From positions 736,001 through 800,000 of the forward strand of contig CAVTLK010000005.1 in NCBI GenBank assembly GCA_963735595.1: a stretch of DNA of 64,000 nt, written 5' to 3'. Source of the stretch: an uncultured delta proteobacterium. Lineage in GTDB: Bacteria > Desulfobacterota > Zymogenia > Zymogenales > Zymogenaceae. Of the stretch, positions 1 to 10,094 are shown one piece after another. Below the pieces are notes generated by a model, which was not told the DNA's origin, did not search any database, and saw only the letters and a list, made by a program, of their open reading frames with translations. Made by a program: the position numbers and the translations under genes. Position 1 is the first letter of the stretch, and every line of letters begins with the position of its first letter.

Positions 1-2
1 CC

Positions 3-1433
3 ATTACCATCTCGGTATGCGTAATCGCCATAGTCTCTGCGGCAGCCGGTATTTCTCCCGTTTACGCCTGGACCGAGCAGGGCTATCTTAAGGGTACGGG
101 GGATTCGTCTTCCTTCACGATTACAAGCCCCGGTCCAACGACCGATTTCACGGTTTTCTACCCGAAGGGATCGGTTGATTTCTGGGTCAGTACTGTTGAT
201 CAGTCGGGTACCGTCAGCAGATACGACCTGGACAATTGGGACTCGATTCGGTTAACCGGCGCGGGTCTCTTCACGGTTACCGTCTATTCGAGGAGCGGTG
301 CGGGCAACTGGACCGTCGAGTTAGATCTTGCTACCTCCCCGCCGGTGTCCTCACCTACCGACGCCGTTCCTGTGCCACCTTCCACCCCGCTTTCCAGCAA
401 TCCTTCGCCCAAATCCGGTGAGGTTACCATCAACGGCAGGCTTGCGGGACCGGGGGATACCCATGTCTTTCGGATCCCGACCGAATCGAGCTATGTCGAA
501 GTGGCTTTCTATTATCCGAAAGAGACCATGTCTCTCTCGGTCAGGGTGGTGGCCGATGATAAACGGACGGTGCTTGGTCAGTATGACCTTGATAAAGGTG
601 AAATAATCGAGCTCTATGGCGGGGGCAATTTCTATCTAACCGTCTACTCCACGAGGGGTTCGGGAGGATTTATGGCGAGGTTCAATCCTGCGGGGTCTCC
701 TATCCCCCAAACCTATATTATTGCCGAGGGCGATCTTAAAGGAGGAACTGATAAACAAGAGTTTCCATTTGATGCTAAGACCGATGGGATCAGCATTTAT
801 TTCGACAGCCCGGCAAGAAGTGCGGATATCTGGGTAAAAGTAATTGCTGAAGATGGGAAGAGGATTCTGGGTGATTTCGATCTGAAGAACGAAAAGATCA
901 TTGACCTGAACAAGAAAGGAAAATATCTGATAACCGTCTACTCGCGGAGTGGTGCCGGTTCGTTCACCGCTTTCTATTTCGGCGGCCCGCCAGCCGAGAC
1001 CGTAGCACTCGGCACAAGCCCGTCCGAAGGAGAAAGCCCGGCGGTGCCCCTGGCGCCGAAGTTCCCACCCTTCCCTGACAAAGCAAAGCTTCCTTACGGT
1101 ACGAGTCTTGAAACGGGTTATCTTTCCGGTCCCGGCGAATTCAGAACGTTCATTATCAACGCTAAAATCGATTATGTTGAAGTTACCTTTAGCTATCCGA
1201 AGGGGACGGCTGATTTTTGGGTCAGGGTCATTGGCGAAGACGGCATCGAGGTTTTAGGTGACTTCGACCTTGATAACGGAGAAATCATTCAGCTTATGGG
1301 TGCGGGGACTTTCTACCTGAAGGTCTATTCAAAGGAAGGTGCGGGCAATTGGAGCGCCGTCTACCGTGAGGGAACCGGTGATCCCTATAGTGCTCCTAAC
1401 GGGATTTCCAACCGCCCCCGGTATAGTTACTAA
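3..1433 (+). CDS. Secreted protein with four tandem ~90-aa beta-rich domains (PPC-like) and Pro/Ser-rich linkers; 5' end outside the window
   Basis: The frame of ORF 345..1433 is open back to position 3 (ITISVCVIAIVSAAAGISPVYA-WTEQGYLKG..., signal-peptide-like). The motif G.L.G.GD..F.I...YPKG..DFWV...DLD....L.G.G.F...VYS..G.G recurs four times. Confidence 0.75.
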   Translation: MTISVCVIAIVSAAAGISPVYAWTEQGYLKGTGDSSSFTITSPGPTTDFTVFYPKGSVDFWVSTVDQSGTVSRYDLDNWDSIRLTGAGLFTVTVYSRSGAGNWTVELDLATSPPVSSPTDAVPVPPSTPLSSNPSPKSGEVTINGRLAGPGDTHVFRIPTESSYVEVAFYYPKETMSLSVRVVADDKRTVLGQYDLDKGEIIELYGGGNFYLTVYSTRGSGGFMARFNPAGSPIPQTYIIAEGDLKGGTDKQEFPFDAKTDGISIYFDSPARSADIWVKVIAEDGKRILGDFDLKNEKIIDLNKKGKYLITVYSRSGAGSFTAFYFGGPPAETVALGTSPSEGESPAVPLAPKFPPFPDKAKLPYGTSLETGYLSGPGEFRTFIINAKIDYVEVTFSYPKGTADFWVRVIGEDGIEVLGDFDLDNGEIIQLMGAGTFYLKVYSKEGAGNWSAVYREGTGDPYSAPNGISNRPRYSY

Positions 1434-1570
1434 ACATATCGATAGCTTTTCATCCCGAACTTTATGCAATCGTTGCTATATCACCCCCTAAGCTGGTTTC
1501 TTGTGCTGGTCGTTAAATTTCGCTGGGCAGGGGCGGGCCTGCCTGTCGAATGCCCTACGTTACGGTGAAA

Positions 1571-1710
1571 GTGATAAGAGTAGCGGGCGGCTGGAGGAGA
1601 TAGTAGATCTCCCTCAAAATAGGAACACACAATAACAACTGAGTTTATTTCCAGGACGATAAGAATGATCTAACGGCATTGTATAGTCGTTGGTAGAGCT
1701 GCTTATTATT
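1571..1710 (+). ncRNA. Candidate structured ncRNA or leader, family unassigned
   Basis: Closing stem tgataa..agtagc (1572-1584) / gctgcttatta (1698-1708); internal hairpins ggagat/atctcc and ctaacggc/gtcgttgg; immediately followed by an intrinsic terminator. Confidence 0.3.
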
Positions 1711-1711
1711 T

Positions 1712-1743
1712 GGGCGGAGGAAATACTTACTCCGCCCCTTTTT
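1712..1743 (+). terminator. Rho-independent terminator
   Basis: gggcggag-N10-ctccgccc followed by ctttttt-like T run. Confidence 0.75.
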
Positions 1744-2006
1744 ATGTTTCTTCCGGCCACACCCTCCCTTTTTGTCGATATTCGCAATTCATATTATTCA
1801 TCTCAACATGCTTCGCGTGACATAATCATTACCAGATATGAAGGGCAGTCGGCCCAAGATTACGTGCACCTCTCCTGATTTCCGCAGATACGTGAAGGAA
1901 AAGAGGGGATGGGCGTTGGAGGTCACGATAATCGTGGGTTATAAAGCCTGGGAGAAGGGGATTATTTCCCTTCTCCCGGGCCAATAGAAATGAGGAGGAG
2001 GGGCCC

Positions 2007-2348
2007 ATGCCGGCGTTACTTGATCGATCCATGATTGATATCGCATCCCATATCATTGATTTTCTTGGAGATAACATGGTATTTCAGCGACATACCGAAA
2101 GTGCATGGGAAGAATTAGGGCCGGCCGTTAAAGTATACCTACAGCCTCGGGACTCCTTATATCAAAGGTCTTTTCGGGGGAATGAAAACTCAATTGATTT
2201 TACCGGATTTGCGGCGGTAGCTGCTGATATTCGAAAAGGTGATCGAATAACAATCAACGATGAGTACTTTATTGTTGACCTCCTTGAGAATCGGGACACG
2301 CACCTTGAATTCCGCCTCAGGCAAACCGATGAAATCCGGGACACATAA
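2007..2348 (+). CDS. Phage head-closure/head-tail adaptor-like protein
   Basis: 113 aa with strong RBS (gaggaggag); C-terminal 'DIRKGDRITINDEYFIVD...HLEFRL' pattern typical of head-closure beta-barrels; first gene of the virion module. Confidence 0.6.
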   Translation: MPALLDRSMIDIASHIIDFLGDNMVFQRHTESAWEELGPAVKVYLQPRDSLYQRSFRGNENSIDFTGFAAVAADIRKGDRITINDEYFIVDLLENRDTHLEFRLRQTDEIRDT

Positions 2349-2386
2349 TCGACCTTAAGGTATGATGTTTATGTGGGGTTCCAGAA

Positions 2387-2836
2387 ATGCTGGTTTTTGG
2401 AAGCGAAATCCAGGAGCTGATATACGGAATATTGACCGGAGACGCTGTCCTCTTAACGTATCTGGGAGGGGACGAGATCGATAGACGGATTAGTCTCTCG
2501 TTGAGTGATTCAAACGTGCGGAAAATAAGCACGACTAAACCGGCTTATATCGTGGTAGAGACGATGCCTGCCCCCGCGCCGGTCCTCCTTGGTTCCGCAA
2601 TTGAAGAAAGGACGGAGCGGTATTGCCTGCACATATTCACCAAGCCCGAGGCCCGGGATCTGAGGGCGGCAATTGAGGGTAGGCTTCGAGGGCTGTTACA
2701 TAGGAAGAGCTTCCTTACGGCCAGGCTTATTGTTTATAACGTCTTCGAGGGTGTAAGAGAGGGTGTGATTACCGGGGCAGGCCTCTTTGACTATAGGTAT
2801 GGAATATCTTTTCAGTTCTTGCCGAAGGGCGATTAA
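2387..2836 (+). CDS. Phage tail terminator/completion protein-like
   Basis: 149 aa 'IQELIYGILTGDAVL...PAYIVVE...YCLHIF...AAIEGRLRGLLH' pattern; directly upstream of the tail tube gene. Confidence 0.6.
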   Translation: MLVFGSEIQELIYGILTGDAVLLTYLGGDEIDRRISLSLSDSNVRKISTTKPAYIVVETMPAPAPVLLGSAIEERTERYCLHIFTKPEARDLRAAIEGRLRGLLHRKSFLTARLIVYNVFEGVREGVITGAGLFDYRYGISFQFLPKGD

Positions 2837-2860
2837 GGAATATGAAAAAGGAATAACCGT

Positions 2861-3628
2861 ATGGGAACGGAAAAACTCGATCGGTCCGCAGTAGGTACAA
2901 TTGAAATCAACGGCGGTTCCGGTTGGCAAGTCCTTGGGATCATCAGAGAAGAAACCGTACGCGTTAACGGGGAAGAGATCACCCATTTTGACGCTTCTGA
3001 ACATCCGCGAGGTGTTGATAAAACGGTCTTTGGTAACGTTGATGTGGAAATCGAGTTCACGTGGGAGGAGATCGCTGATATCAGCTTATGGATTATAGTA
3101 TTACACGGCGGGAGTCTAACTGCAACGACAGCTGGTATTCAAACGGTAGTGAATGAAGACTTGGTAATGATGGGGATAGACTGGATTACGCTTGCTCATG
3201 CAGCCGATTTTGCCTTTGATAGCTCAGTGAACGTTAGTAACCGGGAGGGTAGCGTTACTTATATCGAGGGGGAGGATTACTACCTGGACCGTAAAGGCGG
3301 GCATCTTAAACGGATCTCAAGTGGGTTAATCGGTGAGGGCCAGACGGTAGGTGTTGATTATACGTATAAAACCTATTCCGGCAAGTGCTTCAGGATCTTC
3401 GAAAATCCAGCGCCTACCGTTTCTACCTTTCGTCTCACTAAGCACTTGCTTAACGGAGATAATCTCCGGATAACCCATAGCAGGGTCAACTTCTCTTCTA
3501 CGACCGAACTCCCTCTGAAACCCGGGGAAGGTGGTTCGTGGGCGGGTGTGACAAGTAGAATCAGATTCCTAAAAGATATTGGTGGAGTTTACGGCGCATA
3601 CGGGCGTTGGGAAATCTACACGCCATAG
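2861..3628 (+). CDS. Siphovirus-type major tail (tube) protein
   Basis: 255 aa; N-terminal GW..LG hairpin and the insertion 'TYIEGEDYYLDRKGG.L...G.IGEGQTVGVDYTY' seen in tail tubes; synteny. Confidence 0.7.
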   Translation: MGTEKLDRSAVGTIEINGGSGWQVLGIIREETVRVNGEEITHFDASEHPRGVDKTVFGNVDVEIEFTWEEIADISLWIIVLHGGSLTATTAGIQTVVNEDLVMMGIDWITLAHAADFAFDSSVNVSNREGSVTYIEGEDYYLDRKGGHLKRISSGLIGEGQTVGVDYTYKTYSGKCFRIFENPAPTVSTFRLTKHLLNGDNLRITHSRVNFSSTTELPLKPGEGGSWAGVTSRIRFLKDIGGVYGAYGRWEIYTP

Positions 3629-3778
3629 CATATCCATTTTTCTAATTCATAGATTAAACTGCTATTAGCCTGCTATGTCATACTCTTATAAAAATAAGGA
3701 CATAGAGTCCAGGTATCACATGTGCAATGTGAACGTATTGATGACTTGCTACGATATCTGGGTGAGGAAGGAAGGTGA

Positions 3779-4171
3779 GTGGTGAGCTGTATTATTGGCG
3801 CAATAACTCTTGATAGTACCCCTCTTTGGGTTGACAGGAACCGACATAACGACTTAAGCGCTGAAACTGCTATAGCAATTGATGGTGCTGAAATTGTCCA
3901 ATCTCATAGCCGGGGAGAACATTACCCCATCACGCTTCAGTCTACCAAAGAGACGGGCTGGCTCAAGGGATCGACCGTGACATCTTTGAGGGCGTTATCT
4001 GCCGTTGCAAACGCCTACTATACACTGACGCTGAATTCAGGTTCATATACTGTACGTTTCAGGAATGAACAATCTGGCGGGGCGATACAGGTTGAAACGT
4101 TATTCCCGCATTCGAATCCGGGAGATGCGGATTGGTGGATCGGCACCATTTACCTAATGCGTACTGGATAG
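3779..4171 (+). CDS. Virion structural protein (distal-tail-like)
   Basis: 130 aa 'ITLD...LWVD...AIDGAEIVQ...YPITL...GWL...YTVRFR...W.GTIYLM', a pattern of the small protein that normally follows the tape measure gene in some siphophages. Confidence 0.6.
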   Translation: MVSCIIGAITLDSTPLWVDRNRHNDLSAETAIAIDGAEIVQSHSRGEHYPITLQSTKETGWLKGSTVTSLRALSAVANAYYTLTLNSGSYTVRFRNEQSGGAIQVETLFPHSNPGDADWWIGTIYLMRTG

Positions 4172-4180
4172 GAGATATAG

Positions 4181-5650
4181 ATGAGTGCAGTCACAGGTCT
4201 TTTCAAATCATCGGTCGTGTCGGATGAAACCACTAACGGCGGGGTGCTTTCGAATAATGCCGTCGTGGACAACACCGCTGAAAACGTATTCCCACACGTC
4301 AACGAAGCGGACCGAACGGCGGGAATTACGAGATACCGGGACGTCTTGGTCAAGAAACTTTCCGGGACCCTGACGAACGCCAAGTTTATGATCGACCGCC
4401 TTTCGACTGCCGGAGATTATATCGTTATCACCCGTGCCGGTGATAGCCACACACAACTGACGGCTGATGACCTCGGATGGAATACCACCGTTACGTGGAC
4501 GCTTGCAACCCGCACAATCGTCTTGGGCGCGGCACGGGCGGAAGTTACACCGGGGACGCTCCTATTATTCACGACCGCTGCCGGGGCCTTCCGGGGCATT
4601 GCAACAGTGGCGACATGGACAAATACCACTACCATGACAATCTCCACTATGATACGCGGTTCCAATCCGGCTACTACAGACATAGTCTATACCTGGTACA
4701 CCGGATCGGGCGACCTCCATACGGCTCTCACCGGGGGGGTAGATACAACGGTTGTCGCAGATTTTGAGGTTACGGCCTGTATCCTGCCGGGTCAGTATGT
4801 TGCCCTCATAGACTGGGACGCCGCAACTCCACCGACGATTGAATACTGCCTTGTTACAGTAACTGCATGGGCCGGGACGGAGGGGACGCTCACCATCTCG
4901 CCCGCCTGCGTCTCAAATCACGCGGTCAAGACTCAGGGGACGGTAACCGGGACCGAAGATGAGAACTTCGACCTCGACGGGCTCACGCTGGTAATCAAGG
5001 TCAACGGGGGGGATTCCCAGACCGTTACATTCTCATCTGACGGAATGACGGCGGCCCAGGTTGCCACGGCGATAAATAGCGGAACGACCGGATGTACGGC
5101 GGCGGCCTCCGGCACAAAGGTCGAGATCGTGACCGACGACTACTATGCCGAAAACTCGATACAGGTACTTTCCGATTCAACAGGAGATACGGAGCTTGGC
5201 CTTGATAACTCCGTACATAACGGGACGACGGGTACGGTAGTTGCCGGGGTGTTGGAACTCGGGACTATCGCGGCCTCTCATAGTACCCCGGTAAAGACCT
5301 CGCCACTCGGGACGTTCACGGACAATATCGTCAACTACGACCTCGGGGCCTGCTACGATACCATTACCGTGACCTTCTCATCGGCAACGGCCTTCACGGT
5401 CGCGGGGGCGGCAGAGGGGTCTTTGGGAGCCGGGACGATAAGCACCGTCTTTAAACCGGCGCACTGGGGCTCGTACTACTTTGAGATCCCGACATCATGC
5501 TGGGGCGGGACGTGGGCCAACGGGGATACGCTGGTATTCATCACCTATCCCTCGGCAGAGGCGATCTGGATGAAAGAGGTCGTGCCAGCTTCTACGGCGG
5601 CTTACTCGGGGAATAAGTGTAGCTTCACTCTCGATGCGGAAACGGCCTGA
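4181..5650 (+). CDS. Virion tail-tip structural protein
   Basis: 489 aa Thr/Gly-rich; N-terminus 'LFKS..VSD...NGG....VD....NVFPHV...DR.AG.TRYR' and C-terminal 'AIWMKEVVPA.T.A..N' typical of phage tail-tip proteins. Confidence 0.6.
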   Translation: MSAVTGLFKSSVVSDETTNGGVLSNNAVVDNTAENVFPHVNEADRTAGITRYRDVLVKKLSGTLTNAKFMIDRLSTAGDYIVITRAGDSHTQLTADDLGWNTTVTWTLATRTIVLGAARAEVTPGTLLLFTTAAGAFRGIATVATWTNTTTMTISTMIRGSNPATTDIVYTWYTGSGDLHTALTGGVDTTVVADFEVTACILPGQYVALIDWDAATPPTIEYCLVTVTAWAGTEGTLTISPACVSNHAVKTQGTVTGTEDENFDLDGLTLVIKVNGGDSQTVTFSSDGMTAAQVATAINSGTTGCTAAASGTKVEIVTDDYYAENSIQVLSDSTGDTELGLDNSVHNGTTGTVVAGVLELGTIAASHSTPVKTSPLGTFTDNIVNYDLGACYDTITVTFSSATAFTVAGAAEGSLGAGTISTVFKPAHWGSYYFEIPTSCWGGTWANGDTLVFITYPSAEAIWMKEVVPASTAAYSGNKCSFTLDAETA

Positions 5651-6152
5651 TGCCCGACGACGTAATCTACATGACCCCACTCCCCGAGAATGAGGGGGTG
5701 ATACTACATGGAACCACTCGCGGCGCTTACGGGTGAGATCTATATGGACAAGAAAATCATATTAACCGGAGGCGGCACCGGTGACGAGGAAGCAGATATC
5801 ACATGGACGTATATGGGGGAGGGTGCTTTTTGGGGCGGTCTTTTCGCATCACCCTTATGGAATTCTACTCCTGGCGATTTTTCAAGTGCTACGTCATCGC
5901 ATCCAGTCGTGTATTATTCGGGATGGAAATATATAAGATTCATAGCATATACCGGGACTCTATGAATAACCACTGGCAAATAGTTCTGGAGATTCGGTTT
6001 ATACGTTTTCATTCAAGAGCAGTAACGATTTCGGTTCAGTGGGCGACACTATATCTCTTGGGCCATCCGGCGCATTTCTGTTGGGATATTATGACCCGAG
6101 TACTGCCGGGTGTTCGGGAGGGCTCGGATACAGATGGTATTTAGGTAAATAA
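5650..6152 (+). CDS. Small virion-associated protein, frameshifted
   Basis: ATG overlaps the upstream stop; MPDDVIYMTPLPENEGVI.. joins ORF 5708 via a 1-nt indel (gtgatactacatg); a further frame ends ...GLGYRWYLGK* with a TAATG overlap into 6152. Confidence 0.45.
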
Positions 6153-9100
6153 TGGGCTTTTTTGTAAAAGAGTATTTCAATCTACCTGACGGATATTTTC
6201 AGGAAAGTATCAATACTGCAGTGGCGGGCAGCGGCTCCGTCTATCAGGACGGGACATACGGATATATCCAGACATCGGCGAATGCCGATGCGGCCATTAT
6301 CGTATCTGACGAATCCCTTTCCGCTGCCGAGTTTTTCAATAAGGCCATTACGTTTTCACTATCCTATCAACTGACCTCACTGCCGGACGGAGACTCCCTG
6401 AGTCTGATGCAAGATAGTAAACAGCGCTACACAAGCCGGAGATCGATACGCTCGGTAATTACCAGTTACTATTGCAGACTGACCCGGACGGGAGCGACGT
6501 ATTACGAACGGTGGTACTACTACGACGCATCGGCGACCCTGCGCACGTATGACGGCGCGCACGAATGCGTGGACGACGACGACGACCAATAACGTCAGAA
6601 CGATTAACCTTTCGACAACTTATACTCTGACAATAACATGGAATCCCGTAACGCCGCACGTTTACGTTTCGCACATGACGGCGCAGAATCGGCGGTATCA
6701 AATGCTATAAGATTCGAGAATAACCCGTGGTGGTGGTTTATCGGTGATGATGAGACGGCAAACAATTATGGGGTATTGCGATTAGATCATATCTACGTCA
6801 CGGATATCAGCACCCGCAACCGCTTCACCATCCGCAACAGCCTCACGAAAGCCTACAAGAAATCACCGATCCTGACGATCATCAATAACCTGACGACGCG
6901 GCACAGGGATTCGTTCACCCTCAAGAACTCTATCCTCGACCATGAGCCATACCGTAATAACTTCACCGCCCTCAATAACATCGGCGTCGAGGGGCAACTT
7001 ATCTATCTCGACGGATCGTGGCAGACGGTAAACATCAAGGGTAAGCAGCTTTCCAATCGGGCCACGGTGGCGATCGACGGCGCGGACGTATCCAGCAAGG
7101 TCACGGATTGGTCTATCGACTATGACGACCAGACGCTATGTAAGACCGTTTCCGTAACCGTGAAAGATCGGGCATACGCGCAGTCTATCCAGACCAGGAA
7201 GTATTCAGATTCAGACTTCGATACCGCCCGGATAGAGATCATAGGATGTAGACGGGTATTCCCTCGGTGAGTTCCTGATCGAGAACAAATCCGAGAACGC
7301 CGCGCACAAATCTTATTCCTGCACCCTCTCGGGCAGGTCCATGACTGCCTTACTGGATATCCCGTTTTCCGAAAGACTCCAGACGCTTTATGACGAGGCC
7401 ACGAGCAAATCGGCGGTAGTCGGCGACCTCGCCGGGATAAGAGCCTGACCGTACAGTGGGGGATCCCCGACTCCGTACTTCCTATCGGGGCGCTGGCCTG
7501 TGACGACGAACCCCCTATTTCTGTCATCAAGAAGATCGTCGAGGCCGGGGGGGGACTGGTCTATACCGACCGATCCGATAACCTCGTATGCGCCTACAAG
7601 GACTATGAGACTGCCGGAAAGTCCCCGGTGATGTCCATTTCCTCCGGCGATATCGTGTCCATCTCTCAATCCCGGATGGTCCCGAACGGAGAAAATCAGG
7701 TCACGGTAGAGGGGTTCATAGACACCTCGATTACCGACGGGTGGGCACAGATCAGCATAGAAGCATCGAAGTACAAACTCAAATCCAACGGCTTTGACTC
7801 CGGTACAGTAACCGCGACCTGCCGGAACGAGGACCAGACGATACCCGATGTGGAGTTGCAGACCGACGAAGAACAGACCCCCGCGACCAACGACCACTAC
7901 GAAATATCCGTTACTTACATGATTGATAAGGACGCGGGCGGTGTCGTCTCGATCGTCAAGCAGTCAGACTCGTCCCTTGTCGCCGGTCCCTATGAAGTCA
8001 TCGACGCCCGTACGATCCGCGTTGGAACCGCGATGGCTGACACGACCTACCTTGTCACCTACTACGGGGGCAACACCGTCACCTTTTCGGTAGACGCTAA
8101 CGCCGATATCTCACCTACTGAAGTATTGGTCAAGAACGGGCGGGCCGAGGCGACGCTGCGGGCCTCATCGGGGGGAGGGGGGTACGCCGTTGTTTCCGCT
8201 GATTACCTCGACGCCCAGACCGCCCAGCTCACCGTCACGATAGCAGATCCACGGGTGGGGCAGGTGGACGTGAGCGCCGATCCTTCCTCTATATCAATCG
8301 GCGAGACCTCGACGGTCAAGATACAGGTGCTTGATTCCGACGGATACCCCGCCGACAACGGGTTGTATGTCGATATCTCGGTAATCGGACACGGACAGCT
8401 CATAGACTACGCCGGGGTGGTCACTCCGACAACGGCAACCACCACGACCGAATCCATCACCGACGGGGGGATTGAAAACGGGCAGTATAACCCGATCTAT
8501 CCCGTATCGGAAATCGAGGTATCCACGCAATACCAGATCAGCGCCTTGACCTCGATCTATCGGTATGAGAATGGCCTGCCGTATACTGATGTCAACTATG
8601 CGTCGGGGGCGACGGTGGACGGGAATACGATCACACTGGCAACGCCCCTGCCGAGTTCGGTTACGCCGATTCAGGTAACCTATGACTGTACCGGGATAGC
8701 GACATCGACGTTTTCCTATCCATCCTACCGGGAGATCCCGAAAACCTCCATCCAAAACCTCATCGTTGCGCAATGCGGGGGTGAGGTCGGGTCTACGTTC
8801 ATCACCATCGAAAGCCCGTATGGTGGGACGGGTGGGGGCGGTGGAGCGGGCGGTGGCGGGCCAATCAGTCCTCATTGGGTATATATAGATATCAAGGCAT
8901 CATCCGGCGGCAAATTCATACGGTAATGTCATACGGAACGGCAAAAGTGGTTTGGGCCCATCGACTAGAAGGCTCATCATATCGAATGACGCAAGCCAGG
9001 CTTCGATACGAGCGAGGCGGTGTGGGAAGACAAGACGGGCATGGGAAGCTTCCAGTGGTATGTTAACGAGGAACGTGCCAGTAGATATAGCATCTTGACA

Positions 9101-9505
9101 TTGAAGGTACATGGACTTGCGCGAGCTTCCGACAACAGGTTCCGACACTACGAACACGGACAACACAGGGAAGACCTACGTCTCGGGGTCGAGGATAGTC
9201 AAGAACGGGAACGACCATAGTGTTGTGATAGAACACGCCTACGTACTCTATCGCATGGGGAGAAGAGTACCGAGACGGGATACACCAATGTCAACGGCAT
9301 CCTGACGTTCTCAAAGGGACAGCCGGGCGTAACGGGGGTCGTGACACTGACTCATCCAGAATACGAAACTACCACGGCCTCGATCACCATACCGGGGAGC
9401 ATTACCAATTCAAATGTGACAAACGATGATTCCGATACAGGCGTCACGAAATGGTCCCCGATACAGGTAAAGGTCAAGATACCCTACTACTGGGAGAGTG
9501 TATGA
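6152..9505 (+). CDS. Large tail-tip hub/host-binding protein with Ig-like (Big-type) domains; split by several frameshifts
   Basis: ORFs 6152, 6638 and 7628 are linked by plausible alternative frames (TNAWTTTTTNNVRTINLSTTY; DVDGYSLGEFLIEN; QWGIPDSVLP...PISVIKKIVEAGGGLVYTDR hub motif). Ig-like 'VSADPSSISIGETSTVKIQVLDSDGYP'. Last frame ends KIPYYWESV* with an ATGA overlap at 9502. Confidence 0.55.
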
Positions 9506-9825
9506 TAAGCGTATCCTGCCACTACGGGGACGGTTCAAGACCGCTGGACGCGGTGACGGACAGCCTCATTATCACCGAGGCTGACGCGGTCAACCGGGGA
9601 TATGCGGAGCTCAACAAGGCATGGAAGATCGTCGATTCCTACACCGTCTCGATGCCGTATCCGGCAAACGGGTATCTCCTCGAAGTGGGAAAGCATATCA
9701 AGGTCACGTGTCCAGAAGTGGGACTTGTCAACCAGGTCTTATACATCCAGGGCGTATCGCTTTCCGGGAATGATAAAGGCACGAAGATCACGCTGACCCT
9801 CGAAAAGTACGAGGCGTTTGAATGA
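9502..9825 (+). CDS. Small baseplate-hub-like virion protein
   Basis: 107 aa 'AVTDSLIITEADAVNRGYAEL...LLEVGKHIKV...IQGVSL...ITLTLEKY'; translationally coupled on both sides. Confidence 0.5.
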   Translation: MISVSCHYGDGSRPLDAVTDSLIITEADAVNRGYAELNKAWKIVDSYTVSMPYPANGYLLEVGKHIKVTCPEVGLVNQVLYIQGVSLSGNDKGTKITLTLEKYEAFE

Positions 9826-10094
9826 GCCTGAAAACATACATTGCCCGAGCAGCGCGGGCCGCCCAGGTCAATAACTATGCCACGGGCAAGGTCATCTCGG
9901 TAGACAGTGATGGGCGGCATTTGGTGGAACTCACCAGCGGGCGACGGATCATGGTCTACTCGGCATCGGGTGTCAACTATACCACTGGTGACTATGTATC
10001 AATCAGGTATCTCTCCGGGGATAAGAGACAGGCGGAGATCGCGGGGAAAACTACAAAGATCGGAGCAACGACAACAAGGATGGTGTACCGATGA
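9822..10094 (+). CDS. OB-fold spike/tip-like phage protein
   Basis: 90 aa 'TGKVISVD.DG.HLVEL..G...V......GDYVSI' OB-fold pattern; ATGA coupling. Confidence 0.5.
   Translation: MSLKTYIARAARAAQVNNYATGKVISVDSDGRHLVELTSGRRIMVYSASGVNYTTGDYVSIRYLSGDKRQAEIAGKTTKIGATTTRMVYR

Noticed and set aside
1575..1700. gagtagc, resembling the yybP-ykoY Mn riboswitch start
   Set aside because: The other conserved elements are not found; kept only as an unassigned RNA candidate.
5650..9505. Diversity-generating retroelement or invertible tail-fibre switch in the tip genes
   Set aside because: No reverse transcriptase or invertase gene, and no duplicated template/variable repeat seen by eye.
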